From Alphaproteobacteria bacterium (GTDB lineage Bacteria > Pseudomonadota > Alphaproteobacteria > UBA2966), in the NCBI GenBank assembly GCA_018654745.1, contig JABILA010000051.1, positions 6,751-70,750 of the forward strand: a stretch of DNA of 64,000 bases, given 5' to 3'. A program made the position numbers and the translations under genes. Positions 20,261 through 32,970 of this stretch are shown here, piece after piece (the first letter of the stretch is position 1; every line of letters starts with the position of its first letter). Below the pieces are notes generated by a model. That model had not been told where the DNA came from. It ran no database searches and saw only the letters and a list, made by a program, of their open reading frames with translations.

Positions 20261-21751
20261 ATGCGCCTTGTCATTGCCATGATGAAGCACGAGACCAATA
20301 CGTTCTCGCCAATCCCCGCAGATTTTCAAAGGTTTGAAGATTGGGGTGCGCAATTTGGTGATGCTGCCCGGGAGGCCTATGAAAATACAGCCATGCCGAT
20401 GGCGGCCTATATCAAACTGGCGCGCGCCAGGGGACATGAATTTGTAACCCCCTTTGCCGGGGAAGCCATGCCGTCTGGCAAGGTGAGCAAAGACGCCTAT
20501 GAGCGTATGAGCAACGCCATATTGGATGCTGTGCGCGATGGCTGTGATGCAGCCCTGCTGGACCTGCATGGTGCCATGGTGTCCGAAACAACGGATGATG
20601 GTGAGGGCACATTGCTGGAGCGCATTCGGGAGATTGCGCCCGACCTGCCTATCGCCGTTACCTGTGATCTGCATTGCAATCTCACGCAGAAAATGATCGA
20701 CAATTGCACCGCCCTGATCGGCTATAAAACCTACCCCCATGTCGACATGTACGAAGTCGCAGAACAAATTGGTGAAGTCCTGTTCCGCCACATGGACGGT
20801 GAAATCAATGCCACGATGGCCTGGGGAAATCGACCTGTGCTCGCGCAAACACTTCGCATGGGAACAGACGACGAGCCCATGAAATCGCTGATTGATATGT
20901 GTAAATCCGCTGAAACGGAACCTGGTGTTCTGGCGGCAACCATATTTGGTGGCTTTCCACTGGCCGATATTCACGATGCCGGATTGTCTTCAATTATTGT
21001 CACAGATGCCAATGTCAGCCAGGCCGGGGAAGTCCGGGACCGGATACTGAACACGGGCTGGAAGGACCGCGAAGATTTTGTCTATAAGGGCGAGCCGCTG
21101 GAAGATGCTGTCGCCCGTGCCAGAACCCTGGAAGCTGAAGTTGGTGCAAATCCCGTCATCATGCTGGACCACGCCGATAACACCGGATCCGGTGCTACCC
21201 AGGACACCATGGAAGTGATCGAGGAAGTTTTGCGTCAGGGATTACAGGACGTCGCTGTCGGCGCCGTCTGGGATCCACAGGCTGTTAAACAGATGCAGGC
21301 CGCGGGTGTTGGAAATACCATAACCCTTGATCTTGGTGGCCGTACAGACATGCCGACGATCAATACAAAAGGCCGTCCCCTGACAATTACCGGCAAGGTC
21401 AAAACACTGACAGATGGTGTCTGGACGGTACGTGGCCCCATGTATACCGGCGTCGAAGTTCGTCTTGGCGATACCGCCGTCCTCGATACTGGTAATATGG
21501 AAATTGTGATCACGTCACTGCATCATGAACCCTGGGACCAGGGCATTTTTACATCCGTCGGCATTGATCCAAAATACAAAAAGTACCTGATCCTGAAATC
21601 ACGTATTCATTATCGTGCCGGTTTTGCTTCAATAGAACGAGAAACCGTAACCTGTGATGGCGTCGGTGTGACGACGTCTGACAATAATCAGCTTGAGTTC
21701 GTCAACATCCGTCGTCCGATCTATCCATTGGACCTGATCAACGAACCTTGA
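20261..21751 (+). CDS. M81 family metallopeptidase (microcystinase MlrC-like; DUF1485 plus MlrC C-terminal domain)
   Basis: 496-aa ORF whose N-terminus (MRLVIAMMKHETNTFSP) and overall architecture match the MlrC/M81 family. Confidence 0.8.
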   Translation: MRLVIAMMKHETNTFSPIPADFQRFEDWGAQFGDAAREAYENTAMPMAAYIKLARARGHEFVTPFAGEAMPSGKVSKDAYERMSNAILDAVRDGCDAALLDLHGAMVSETTDDGEGTLLERIREIAPDLPIAVTCDLHCNLTQKMIDNCTALIGYKTYPHVDMYEVAEQIGEVLFRHMDGEINATMAWGNRPVLAQTLRMGTDDEPMKSLIDMCKSAETEPGVLAATIFGGFPLADIHDAGLSSIIVTDANVSQAGEVRDRILNTGWKDREDFVYKGEPLEDAVARARTLEAEVGANPVIMLDHADNTGSGATQDTMEVIEEVLRQGLQDVAVGAVWDPQAVKQMQAAGVGNTITLDLGGRTDMPTINTKGRPLTITGKVKTLTDGVWTVRGPMYTGVEVRLGDTAVLDTGNMEIVITSLHHEPWDQGIFTSVGIDPKYKKYLILKSRIHYRAGFASIERETVTCDGVGVTTSDNNQLEFVNIRRPIYPLDLINEP

Positions 21752-21764
21752 AATATTTCTTCTT

Positions 21765-21794
21765 CGTCGTGGCCGGGCGTGACCCGGCCACGAC
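21765..21794. repeat. GC-rich palindromic hairpin (REP-like) between two convergent genes
   Basis: cgtcgtggccggg-cgtga-cccggccacgac, with no flanking T-tract on either strand. The sequence resembles the terminal repeat of the 35377-35532 element (gtcgtgcccgggcttgacccgg). Confidence 0.6.
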
Positions 21795-21801
21795 AAAAAG
21801 A

Positions 21802-23964
21802 TTACTCCGCAGCGACCTGACGAGATGAGACAAGTTCAATAACTTCGGCAGCGGCTTCGGTGATGTTTGTGCCAGGACCAAAGATGGCACCAACTCCGGC
21901 AGCCCGAAGTTCGTCATAATCCTTGGGCGGCACCACACCACCAACGATGACCAGAATATCTCCGGCACCTTCGGCCTTGAGAGCAGCAATCAGCTGCGGC
22001 ACTAAAGTCTTGTGTCCTGCGGCCTGGGACGACACACCAACGATATGAACATCGTTTTCCACGGCCTGACGGGCCGCTTCTTCCGGTGTCTGGAACAAAG
22101 GCCCAATATCAACATCAAAGCCCAGATCAGCGAACGCTGTAGCGATCACCTTGGCACCCCGATCATGGCCGTCCTGTCCCAGTTTCACGACCATCATACG
22201 AGGACGACGCCCCTGCACATCGGCAAATTTCGCAACGTTTTTCTGAATGTTGGCAAAACCTTCGTCATTGGCATAGGCACCGCCGTAGACGCCGGACACG
22301 GATTGTGTTGTTGCCTTGTGGCGGGTAAAGACGCGCTCCATGGCATCCGATACTTCGCCGACACTGGCGCGGGCACGCACAGCTTCAACGGACAAGGCAA
22401 GCAGATTGCCATCGCTTCTGGCACCATCTTCCAGGGCTTGCAAGGCGGCCTTTACTTTCGCTTCATCACGATCTGAACGCATTTCCTGCAAGCGTGCAAT
22501 CTGTGAATCACGTACGACCGCATTGTCGACTTCCAGCAAATCAATATCAGTTTCTTCTTCCAACTTATATTTGTTGACGCCAACAATGACATCTTCGCCG
22601 CGATCCACCCGGGCCTGGCGACGCGCCGCACTTTCTTCGATGCGAAGCTTGGGCATACCTTCGGCCACGGCCTTGGTCATACCACCCAGTTCTTCGACTT
22701 CGTCGATAAGTTTTTGTGCAGCTTCGGCCAGCTCATGTGTCAGGCTTTCAACATAATAACTGCCCGCTAGAGGATCGACGACTTTGGTGATGCCGGTTTC
22801 CTCCTGCAGGATAATCTGGGTATTCCGCGCGATACGGGCAGATGTATCCGTTGGCAGGGCCATGGCTTCATCAAAGGCATTGGTATGCAGGCTCTGGGTG
22901 CCACCCAATGCTGCCGCCAGAGCTTCGTAGGCTGTGCGGACGACGTTGTTGTACGGGTCCTGTTCCGTCAGGGAAACACCAGATGTCTGACAGTGGGTAC
23001 GCAGGGAAAAAGAACGCGGATCTTTCGGATCAAACTGTTGCATCAGACGCGCCCACAGCAGGCGTGCGGCACGCAGCTTGGCTGTCTCCATGAAGAAATT
23101 CATGCCGATGGCAAAGAAGAAAGACAAACGAGGTGCAAACTTGTCAACGTCCAACCCCTGGGCCACTGCTGCCCGGACATATTCAACGCCATCCGCCAGA
23201 GTGAACGCCAGTTCCTGAACGGCGGTCGCCCCTGCTTCCTGCATGTGATAGCCGGAAATAGAAATCGAATTGAAGCGCGGCATATGCTCAGCCGTATAGG
23301 CGATAATATCCGCGACAATCCGCATGCTGGGTTCAGGTGGATAGATGTAGGTATTGCGAACCATGAATTCCTTGAGGATGTCGTTCTGTACTGTCCCGGC
23401 AAGCTGGGCCTGATCGACACCCTGCTCTTCTGCCGCAACGATATAGCCTGCCATGACCGGCAGGATGGCACCGTTCATGGTCATGGACACACTGATTTTG
23501 TCCAGTGGAATACCTTCGAACAGAACCTTCATGTCCTCGACGGAATCGATAGCAACACCGGCCTTGCCGACATCGCCCACAACGCGTGGATGATCGCTGT
23601 CATATCCGCGGTGCGTCGCCAGATCAAAGGCGACAGAAATACCGGTTTGACCGGCGGCCAGATTGCGATGGAAAAAGGCGTTGGTTTCTTTTGCTGTCGA
23701 GAACCCGCCATATTGGCGAACCGTCCAGGGCCGACCGGCATACATGGTTGCCCGCGGGCCACGTGTATAAGGCGCTATGCCTGGCATTGTGGCGGCGTCA
23801 TAACCTTCGGCTCTGGCGGCTTCGAGATCCTCGGCGGTATACAGGGGTTTGACGTCGATACCTTCGGGTGTCTTCCAGACCAGCTCGTCCGGGTCACGAC
23901 CTTTCATTTCTTTGGAGGCAAGTTCACGCCAATCGGCAGGGGTTTTTTTCTCGAAACCACTCAT
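21802..23964 (-). CDS. bhbA: methylmalonyl-CoA mutase (B12-dependent, fused large subunit)
   Basis: 720-aa ORF with full-length similarity to MCM. It includes the TIM-barrel substrate-binding domain and a C-terminal B12-binding domain (DxHxxG...GG). Confidence 0.92.
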   Translation of the reverse strand: MSGFEKKTPADWRELASKEMKGRDPDELVWKTPEGIDVKPLYTAEDLEAARAEGYDAATMPGIAPYTRGPRATMYAGRPWTVRQYGGFSTAKETNAFFHRNLAAGQTGISVAFDLATHRGYDSDHPRVVGDVGKAGVAIDSVEDMKVLFEGIPLDKISVSMTMNGAILPVMAGYIVAAEEQGVDQAQLAGTVQNDILKEFMVRNTYIYPPEPSMRIVADIIAYTAEHMPRFNSISISGYHMQEAGATAVQELAFTLADGVEYVRAAVAQGLDVDKFAPRLSFFFAIGMNFFMETAKLRAARLLWARLMQQFDPKDPRSFSLRTHCQTSGVSLTEQDPYNNVVRTAYEALAAALGGTQSLHTNAFDEAMALPTDTSARIARNTQIILQEETGITKVVDPLAGSYYVESLTHELAEAAQKLIDEVEELGGMTKAVAEGMPKLRIEESAARRQARVDRGEDVIVGVNKYKLEEETDIDLLEVDNAVVRDSQIARLQEMRSDRDEAKVKAALQALEDGARSDGNLLALSVEAVRARASVGEVSDAMERVFTRHKATTQSVSGVYGGAYANDEGFANIQKNVAKFADVQGRRPRMMVVKLGQDGHDRGAKVIATAFADLGFDVDIGPLFQTPEEAARQAVENDVHIVGVSSQAAGHKTLVPQLIAALKAEGAGDILVIVGGVVPPKDYDELRAAGVGAIFGPGTNITEAAAEVIELVSSRQVAAE

Positions 23965-24076
23965 GTTGAAAACTCTTTTCGTACTTGGGGGTCAATAATT
24001 GCGGGCCCATTCTATCTCGCAACTGCGAAAAGAAAAAGAGTATGTAATTTAATATTCAATATCAATAAGTTAGAGG

Positions 24077-24110
24077 CAACACAGGTTTGATTCGAACCAA
24101 ACCTGTGTTG
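24077..24110 (-). terminator. putative terminator hairpin downstream of argG
   Basis: A perfect 13-bp stem (caacacaggtttg / caaacctgtgttg) with an 8-nt loop, followed on the minus strand by a moderately T-rich stretch. Confidence 0.5.
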
Positions 24111-24115
24111 CGGGA

Positions 24116-25318
24116 TCAGCGTTGGCGCTTGAGCAATTTCAGACGCAGAGCGTTCAATTTTATGAAGCCTTCAGCGTCATGCTGGTCGTAGACGTCATCT
24201 TCTTCAAAAGTCACATGCTCCTGGCTGTACAGGGATTTAGGTGATTTGCGACCAACAACTGAGGCTACACCTTTGTACAGTTTCAGACGCACTGTGCCAC
24301 AAACGTTTTCCTGGCTTTTGTCGATCAGGGCCTGCAGCATTTCGCGTTCGGGCGAGAACCAGAAACCGTTATAGAGGATTTCGGCATACCGCGGCATCAA
24401 TTCATCTTTCAAATGCCCAGCCCCTCGATCAAGGGTGATTTGCTCGATGCCCCGGTGAGCAGCCAGCAAGACCGTTCCACCAGGTGTTTCGTAAATGCCG
24501 CGCGACTTCATGCCAACGAAACGGTTTTCCACCATATCAAGACGACCGATGCCATTGGCTCCGCCCAGTTCGTTCAGGCGTGTCAGCAAGGTTGCGGGCG
24601 ACATATGTATACCATCGATGGCGATGGGATCGCCTTTTTCGAATTCGATTTCAATGTAGGTCGGCGTGTCAGGGGCTACTTCCGGGGCGACCGAGCGCGA
24701 ATAGACATATTCACCGGCTTCTTCCCAGGGGTCTTCCAGTGCCTTGCCTTCACAGGAGATGTGCAAAAGATTGGCATCCTGGCTAAACGGCGCTTCACCG
24801 CGTTTATCTTTTGGAATTGGAATTTGATGCTGTTCGGCATAGTCGATCAGGGCTTCGCGGGAATGCAGGTCCCATTCGCGCCACGGTGAGATCACCTTGA
24901 TATCCGGGTTCAAGGCGTAATAACCAAGTTCGAACCGGACCTGGTCATTGCCCTTTCCAGTGGCACCGTGACAGACTGCGTCAGCGCCGGTTTCTTTGGC
25001 AATTTCGATTTGACGCTTGGAAATCAGCGGACGTGCAATGGAGGTGCCCAGCAGATATTCGCCTTCATACAAGGCATTTGCACGAAACATCGGGAAGACA
25101 TAGTCAGCAACAAATTCTTCACGCAGGTCATCAATATAAATTTCCTTGATGCCAAGCATTTCTGCCTTTTGCCGCGCTGGTTCCAGCTCTTCACCCTGCC
25201 CCAGATCAGCCGTGAAAGTTACGACTTCACAGTCATAGGTGGTCTGCAACCACTTCAGAATGATGGATGTATCAAGGCCACCTGAATAGGCCAGCACAAC
25301 TTTTTTGATGTCACTCAT
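24116..25318 (-). CDS. argG: argininosuccinate synthase
   Basis: The N-terminal [11 protein letters not shown]-loop and full-length similarity to ArgG. Confidence 0.93.
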   Translation of the reverse strand: MSDIKKVVLAYSGGLDTSIILKWLQTTYDCEVVTFTADLGQGEELEPARQKAEMLGIKEIYIDDLREEFVADYVFPMFRANALYEGEYLLGTSIARPLISKRQIEIAKETGADAVCHGATGKGNDQVRFELGYYALNPDIKVISPWREWDLHSREALIDYAEQHQIPIPKDKRGEAPFSQDANLLHISCEGKALEDPWEEAGEYVYSRSVAPEVAPDTPTYIEIEFEKGDPIAIDGIHMSPATLLTRLNELGGANGIGRLDMVENRFVGMKSRGIYETPGGTVLLAAHRGIEQITLDRGAGHLKDELMPRYAEILYNGFWFSPEREMLQALIDKSQENVCGTVRLKLYKGVASVVGRKSPKSLYSQEHVTFEEDDVYDQHDAEGFIKLNALRLKLLKRQR

Positions 25319-25405
25319 TACCTGTCTCCTGCTTCCCGGTGTTGCCTTCGTTTGCCTGGTTGAAAATGGGCAAACCCGGGAAAACGACCTGTTGTTTCAA
25401 GGGGG

Positions 25406-25786
25406 CTATATACGCTCGGGATTATGGACGGTCAATTCGCTTTGCGCATCACCTGTATTCAACAAAGCCGCTGGCTCAATCAACACAACTTCAACTTCCT
25501 CATCGGCGACGGGTTTGTGCTCCACACCTTTGGGGACAACGATCAGCTCACCCGGACCAACTATCACGTCGCGATCCCGAAAACACATTTTCAGTTTGCC
25601 GGATATGACCCAGAACAGTTCGTCATCGTCATCATGTTTGTGCCAGACGAACTCACCCAGCGCCTTGACGACTTTCAGGGACTGTCCATTGACCTCGGCG
25701 ATCACTTTGGGTGTGAAATGCTCGCTGAAAGATTCCAGTTTTTCTGCAACATTGATCTTTTCCATGAACTCACCCTTCAAAAACAA
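25406..25786 (-). CDS. cupin domain protein
   Basis: RmlC-like cupin motifs (HKHDDDDELFWVISG...GELIVVPKGVEH). Confidence 0.7.
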   Translation of the reverse strand: MFLKGEFMEKINVAEKLESFSEHFTPKVIAEVNGQSLKVVKALGEFVWHKHDDDDELFWVISGKLKMCFRDRDVIVGPGELIVVPKGVEHKPVADEEVEVVLIEPAALLNTGDAQSELTVHNPERI

Positions 25787-25842
25787 ATAAGCCGTTGTTC
25801 CGGATTATGGTTCCGGAACAACGGCTTGATATGGCGGTTGGC

Positions 25843-26604
25843 TTAACGTGGTGCCATGCGCAAGGATCCATCGAGGCGAACGGTCTCACCGTTCAGCATC
25901 TCGTTTTCACACATGCTTTGGACCAATTGAGCATATTCCTGTGGACGACCCAGGCGCGCCGGGAACGGCACACTGGCACCCAGGCTTTTCTGGGCTTCTT
26001 CCGGCAGAGTTTCCATCATCGGCGTCAGGAACAGGCCAGGGGCGATTGTCAGCACCCGAATGCCCCACTGGGCAAACTCGCGAGCCAGCGGCAATGTCAT
26101 GGCAGCGACGCCACCTTTGGAGGCACCATAGGCTGCCTGGCCGATCTGGCCATCAAAAGCCGCGACCGACGCCGTATTGACGATCACACCGCGTTCGGCA
26201 GTCTCGAGAGGATCTGCTTTTTGCATGGCTGCAGCGGAAAGGCGGATAATATTGAACGTACCGATCAGGTTGATATTGACGACCTGGGCGAAGGCTTCCA
26301 GCGGCAAGGGACCGTGTTTACCAACGGCTTTGCCAGGCGTTCCAACACCGGCGCAGTTTACAACAATCCTGGCAACACCATGGGCTTCCTGAGCTTCGGC
26401 AATGGCGGCTTCTGCACTGGCGGCATCCGTGACATCACATTTGAGGCCAAGGCCACCAATTTCGGCTGCAACAGCCTTTGCACCATCCAGATTCACATCC
26501 AGGCACGTCACCTTTGCGCCTGCGGCTGCGAGGTGGCGGGCTGTTGCCGCGCCAAGGCCAGAACCGCCGCCCGTTACCAGAGCTGCTACACCATCAATAT
26601 TCAT
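25843..26604 (-). CDS. SDR family oxidoreductase (3-hydroxyacyl-CoA dehydrogenase type-2-like)
   Basis: TGGGSGLG Rossmann motif and the YxxxK catalytic motif (YGASKGGV). Confidence 0.85.
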   Translation of the reverse strand: MNIDGVAALVTGGGSGLGAATARHLAAAGAKVTCLDVNLDGAKAVAAEIGGLGLKCDVTDAASAEAAIAEAQEAHGVARIVVNCAGVGTPGKAVGKHGPLPLEAFAQVVNINLIGTFNIIRLSAAAMQKADPLETAERGVIVNTASVAAFDGQIGQAAYGASKGGVAAMTLPLAREFAQWGIRVLTIAPGLFLTPMMETLPEEAQKSLGASVPFPARLGRPQEYAQLVQSMCENEMLNGETVRLDGSLRMAPR

Positions 26605-26661
26605 AGGGGGTCTCCAAAATAAGTATGTTGAATTTCAGTTTTCGCCGTCTCGTTTAGCAGA

Positions 26662-27606
26662 TCAGGCTGGTTTGCTCCAGTCCTCAGACAACTGGGCCAC
26701 ATTATTCAGGTCTTCCAGCTTCTTTCGCCTGGCTTCACGATGGGCAATATAAAGGGATGCGGCAATGATCACGACCGCACCCACACCGGTCCAGATATCC
26801 GGCACTTCGCCAAAAAACCAGTAACCGATAGCGGCCGCAAATATGATCCGCGCATAATCGAAAGGTGCCACTGCTGTTGCTTCGCCGACTTTCAATCCGC
26901 GCACCACACAAAGTTGCCCGGTAACCCCGAAGATACCGGCCCCGGCCAGCATCATTAATTCTGTTGATGTCGGTTCATGCCAGTCCAGCAGGGCGGGCAC
27001 CAGAGTGACCGAGATTGAAATAATGCCGAAATAAAACATCATCAGTGACGGGCGTTCAGTTGCCGAAAGCTTCTTTACCGTCACAAATGTAGCCGCCACC
27101 AACATGGCACCCAGCAAGGCGATCCATGTCGCTACATCGATGTCGCCGCCAGGGCGGATCATGATCAGGACACCCACAAATCCCACAGCCGTCGCGGCCC
27201 AGCGGCGAACACGCACAACTTCGCCCAGAAACAACACCGCCAGCACGATCAGGAACAGAGGGCGGGTGAACGACAGGGCAATGGCATCCGCGAGGGCGAG
27301 ATGCGTAACGGCGTAAATACCGCATATCATGGCGGACGTGCCCAGCAATCCGCGAAAAATGTGCAGAACGGGTCGGTCGGTTTTGATACCGGTGAGGCCC
27401 ATGCTCAAGGCAAATGGCAAAATTACCATGAAACCAAACAAGGCGCGGAAGAAGGCGATTGTCGAAGACCCAAGGGATGGCCCCAGATATTTGATGAATA
27501 CCGACATCACCGAAAAAAGCACAACACCGCCAAGTATCCACAAGGCGCCACGCAGGTTCGGTGGAACCTGGCTGAGGAATTGAACTTTGTCAGGCCTGGC
27601 GTTCAA
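26662..27606 (-). CDS. DMT superfamily transporter (EamA-like), paralog 1
   Basis: 314-aa, 10-TM EamA-like protein with duplicated EamA repeats. Confidence 0.75.
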   Translation of the reverse strand: MNARPDKVQFLSQVPPNLRGALWILGGVVLFSVMSVFIKYLGPSLGSSTIAFFRALFGFMVILPFALSMGLTGIKTDRPVLHIFRGLLGTSAMICGIYAVTHLALADAIALSFTRPLFLIVLAVLFLGEVVRVRRWAATAVGFVGVLIMIRPGGDIDVATWIALLGAMLVAATFVTVKKLSATERPSLMMFYFGIISISVTLVPALLDWHEPTSTELMMLAGAGIFGVTGQLCVVRGLKVGEATAVAPFDYARIIFAAAIGYWFFGEVPDIWTGVGAVVIIAASLYIAHREARRKKLEDLNNVAQLSEDWSKPA

Positions 27607-28610
27607 TGTTTGTCGTCTCGTTCCGCTCGCGAAACAGCGGCTTCGATATCACCACTGACATCAACAGCCGGAGAGGTACCAACCGCCGCTGCGACAAGTG
27701 CTTCGTCCTTCCGCTCCAGTTTGCTTTCACGCCATGAAACATAAATTGAACTTGAGAAGATCACAGCGGCCCCGACCCAGGTCCAGAAATCCGGCACCTG
27801 ACTGAAAACCAGATAGCCTATCAAGGCAACAAACGGCAGGCGGGTAAAGTCATAGGGCAGAATTGCCGTAAGGTCACTGAGGCTGATTGCCCGCGTAAAA
27901 CAAAGATTTGCCATCGTTGCTATTGTGCCCAGTAACAAAAGCCAGAGCAGGGATTCAGGGGATGGCCACACCCACACAAACAACGCTGGAATGAATGTTG
28001 TTGGCACCATGATAATGCCCCCCCAGGCGACGGCCTGGGCAGGACTATCGGTCGTCATCAATTTTTTCAGGAAAATGCTGGCGCAGGCCATCAAGGCCGC
28101 TGACGCGATGATCATGATGGTCCCGGGTTCAATTGTAGATACAGCCGGACGTAAAATTATCATTGTGCCTGCGAAACCAACCAGGGTCGCTGTCCAGCGC
28201 CTGATTCCAACTTTCTCGCCGAGAAAAAATATGGCCAGTATCGTCGCAAACAAAGGTGCTGTGAATGACAAGGCAGTTGCTTCCGCCAACGGCACCAGCG
28301 ACACCCCCCAAAACCAGAAACACATCGTGGCTGAACCAAATGAACCACGGACCAGATAGAGGCCAATGCGGTTGGTCTTCAAGGCTCCAAAGCCATTGCG
28401 CAAGAACCATGGCAGCAGGGCCATCAGTCCAAAGACGTTGCGAAAGAAAACGATTTCGAGAGGCGGCACCGATTCGGAAATATGCCGGATCAGACCTGAC
28501 ATGGCTGCAAAAAAAGCGCAGGCCATGATCATGAATACGGTGGCCTGCAGGTTTTGCGGCAGGCGGGATATCAATATGGCGGGAAGAGAAAACATGGAAG
28601 AGGCTGTCAT
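27603..28610 (-). CDS. DMT superfamily transporter (EamA-like), paralog 2
   Basis: 335-aa EamA-like protein, clearly paralogous to the adjacent gene (shared ...FRN.FG...AL..GE motifs). Its stop overlaps the downstream gene by 4 nt. Confidence 0.75.
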   Translation of the reverse strand: MTASSMFSLPAILISRLPQNLQATVFMIMACAFFAAMSGLIRHISESVPPLEIVFFRNVFGLMALLPWFLRNGFGALKTNRIGLYLVRGSFGSATMCFWFWGVSLVPLAEATALSFTAPLFATILAIFFLGEKVGIRRWTATLVGFAGTMIILRPAVSTIEPGTIMIIASAALMACASIFLKKLMTTDSPAQAVAWGGIIMVPTTFIPALFVWVWPSPESLLWLLLLGTIATMANLCFTRAISLSDLTAILPYDFTRLPFVALIGYLVFSQVPDFWTWVGAAVIFSSSIYVSWRESKLERKDEALVAAAVGTSPAVDVSGDIEAAVSRAERDDKH

Positions 28611-28728
28611 TAAAGCATTCTAAAGTAGTGGCTTAGCCAGCACCAGAGCCAATCCCGCATGGCTGCATTGCGTGACGGCACGCCACGTTATACTTTTGCC
28701 CAAACCGTTTTGCACAAGGATCAAAGCC

Positions 28729-30699
<1,971 letters not shown>

Positions 30700-30711
30700 G
30701 GAGCAACTGGC

Positions 30712-31164
30712 ATGATCGACGAACGACTGACAAGCTCGACTTTCCCCGTCGTTGAACTGGAAACCTGCGAGGTCCGTTTGTCGCGGGAGTGGTCATATCC
30801 TGGCCGCTGTCTGGTCATCCCCACCGAACAATATCGCGATATCCACGAGGTCGACGGCGAAACCTATTTACTGATGATGGGCGAAGTGCGGTTTGTTTCG
30901 GGCGTACTGGCGCGTTTGTACAAGGCCGACAAAATGAATGTCGCCAGTTTCGGCAACATGGGGCCGTGGCTGCACTGGCACATCATTCCGCGCACAGAAG
31001 GCGATGCTGGCTGGCCAGGCACACCATGGGAAAACCCGGAAACTCCGTTCGAGGCCCCGGAAGAAACCCTGGCCGACCACGCCGACCGTATCAGCTGGGC
31101 CCTGCTGGACGCAGAGTTCGACGAGGCGGACGAAGATGAAGACGAAGACGTTACCAGGGCCTGA
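30712..31164 (+). CDS. HIT family protein
   Basis: Histidine triad HWHIIPR, with an acidic C-terminal tail. Confidence 0.75.
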   Translation: MIDERLTSSTFPVVELETCEVRLSREWSYPGRCLVIPTEQYRDIHEVDGETYLLMMGEVRFVSGVLARLYKADKMNVASFGNMGPWLHWHIIPRTEGDAGWPGTPWENPETPFEAPEETLADHADRISWALLDAEFDEADEDEDEDVTRA

Positions 31165-31275
31165 CCTCGAAGACGCCCGCTAATTCAGTCCAGGAAGAAT
31201 TAGTATTGTCCCGGCGTGAGAAATAGTGTTAATTCCCCTGTCGCAAAATTCGAACCCCTGACGGAGACCCGTTTC

Positions 31276-31449
31276 ATGCTGTTGAGTCCTGTTGTCCGGC
31301 GCCTGTTGATCGCCGGTATGATCGCCACTTTTGTTTCCGGCTGCGCCAACTTCGAGATGCCGGAGCCTGCCGAATTCTTCAAGACCGATAATACCGGTGG
31401 CAAGGTCAAACGCGACGGCATGGGCAACCCGGTTCTGACCAAAAGCTGA
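31276..31449 (+). CDS. small lipoprotein
   Basis: 57-aa ORF with a lipoprotein signal peptide and lipobox (LLIAGMIATFVSGC). Confidence 0.45.
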   Translation: MLLSPVVRRLLIAGMIATFVSGCANFEMPEPAEFFKTDNTGGKVKRDGMGNPVLTKS

Positions 31450-31533
31450 CACTTGAATGTCGCCTGACAAAACCGGGTTTACCTGATGTCAGAGGCGTTT
31501 CCGAGAAACCCGGAAACGCTCAGGACACAAAAA

Positions 31534-32103
31534 CTATTTCTTGTGCTCCATCTTGTGCCCACCGGTGGCACCCATTTTCATGATATCGACCTGGATGGTG
31601 ACTTCGCCTGCCTGTTTGAACACCAGGGTCAGGGGAAATGTCTGGCCGGGCTTCAACGGCTTGTTCAGACCCATCATCATAACGTGATAACTACCGGGCT
31701 TGAGCATAGCCATGCCGTTGGCAGGCACCGGCATCCCATGTATATGCTTCATTTTCATGATGCCGCCTTCGGAAACGGTCTGGTGTAGCTGAACCTTCCT
31801 GGCCACATCCGCGCGCACGTCCACCAGCTCGTCAGCCGCACCCATATTGTGAATGCTCATAAAGGCACCACCACTTCGCGGGGTGCCCCGGGCCCAGGCG
31901 TCCTTGATCGTGATGGCACCTACCTTGTAGGTTCCGGCATGTTCCGCCGCATGAGACGACGCCATACCAACCAGGTTGGTGGCGACCATGGCCAGGGCCA
32001 CGACAAGAGCAAAGACAAGTGCTGCCATCGGCGCCAGACGCCCCAGTTTTGGCAGGTTTAACAGTCGAAGTTTTGATTGTCGGATTGTTACGTTTTTCAT
32101 CAT
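31534..32103 (-). CDS. copper chaperone PCu(A)C (DUF461)
   Basis: A signal peptide plus the H(M)X10MX21HXM Cu-binding motifs of PCuAC (KMKHIHGMPV...SYHVMMMGL). The true start may be an internal Met. Confidence 0.85.
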   Translation of the reverse strand: MMKNVTIRQSKLRLLNLPKLGRLAPMAALVFALVVALAMVATNLVGMASSHAAEHAGTYKVGAITIKDAWARGTPRSGGAFMSIHNMGAADELVDVRADVARKVQLHQTVSEGGIMKMKHIHGMPVPANGMAMLKPGSYHVMMMGLNKPLKPGQTFPLTLVFKQAGEVTIQVDIMKMGATGGHKMEHKK

Positions 32104-32220
32104 CTGAATTCTTTCGCAATGGTCGCCTGATCAACGCTGGATCGATGTATCAAACATCGACACAGGATTGCGTCATCAACATGACGACCGGTCATTTATA
32201 TAAGGGAAAGCGGAAAGGTC

Positions 32221-32628
32221 TCAGACGAGGTGCGGTGGTCCACGTACGGAAAGCATCAGCACCGGACGACGATCCAGCCAGCCGGAAGACGACGGCACAT
32301 CACCGACGGTGCGCCCTTTGACCAGTGCCACAAAGTCAGCAACCGGTGCCAGAACGGATTGCCCGAACAGACCCGCCGTACAGACATCACAGGCCGCAAT
32401 GTCACGATCAGCCCCTGGATCAGACAAAGGATCAACCGACGGCAAACCCTGATGCAGCGGCATGATGCCGGTGGACGTACAGATATAAATCGTGGACTCA
32501 GACTCAGCCGCCTGCAGCATCTGGCCCAGCGGCACCAGCGTCTGCATCACCAGGGCAAACAACGCCAGCCACGCAGCCGCGCGCCTTTTACGTCTGAATA
32601 AAGTCCCGAACGTCAAATCAAGCCTCAT
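32221..32628 (-). CDS. DUF2946 domain protein (Cys-containing, copper-associated)
   Basis: 135-aa secreted protein with conserved Cys pairs. DUF2946 commonly accompanies PCuAC and TonB-dependent copper uptake genes. Confidence 0.55.
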   Translation of the reverse strand: MRLDLTFGTLFRRKRRAAAWLALFALVMQTLVPLGQMLQAAESESTIYICTSTGIMPLHQGLPSVDPLSDPGADRDIAACDVCTAGLFGQSVLAPVADFVALVKGRTVGDVPSSSGWLDRRPVLMLSVRGPPHLV

Positions 32629-32970
32629 TTGGCCAGGTTAAATCGCGATGCCACCTGGGCACCTTAGTCAAATATATAGCGCACGACGCGACCAGGGACC
32701 ATGCAGCATTTTGACGCGGGGACTTGAGGGGTGTCCGTTAAACCATGCATAAGCTGAAATTCCAATTTCTGAATTAGACAAATTCTGGACAAGGGCATAT
32801 CTTATCCAGATTACGTTGGTAAATTTTTCCGGGGGGACACAGTCATCGCAAGTCACAAGGGTTATCTGCTTATTGCCGATATTTCCGGCTATACGGCATT
32901 TTTAACATCGTCCGAGCAGGATCATGCCAATCCGATCCTGCATTCGCTTCTGACCTCACTGGTCGAGCAA

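Noticed and set aside
20198-20974. 258-aa minus-strand ORF
   Set aside because: Antisense to the M81 peptidase gene, with no recognisable domain.
22885-24090. 401-aa plus-strand ORF
   Set aside because: It is antisense to methylmalonyl-CoA mutase, which has unambiguous full-length homology on the minus strand. The Cys/Arg-rich composition is typical of a high-GC antisense frame.
25795-26622. 275-aa plus-strand ORF
   Set aside because: Antisense to the well-supported SDR dehydrogenase gene.
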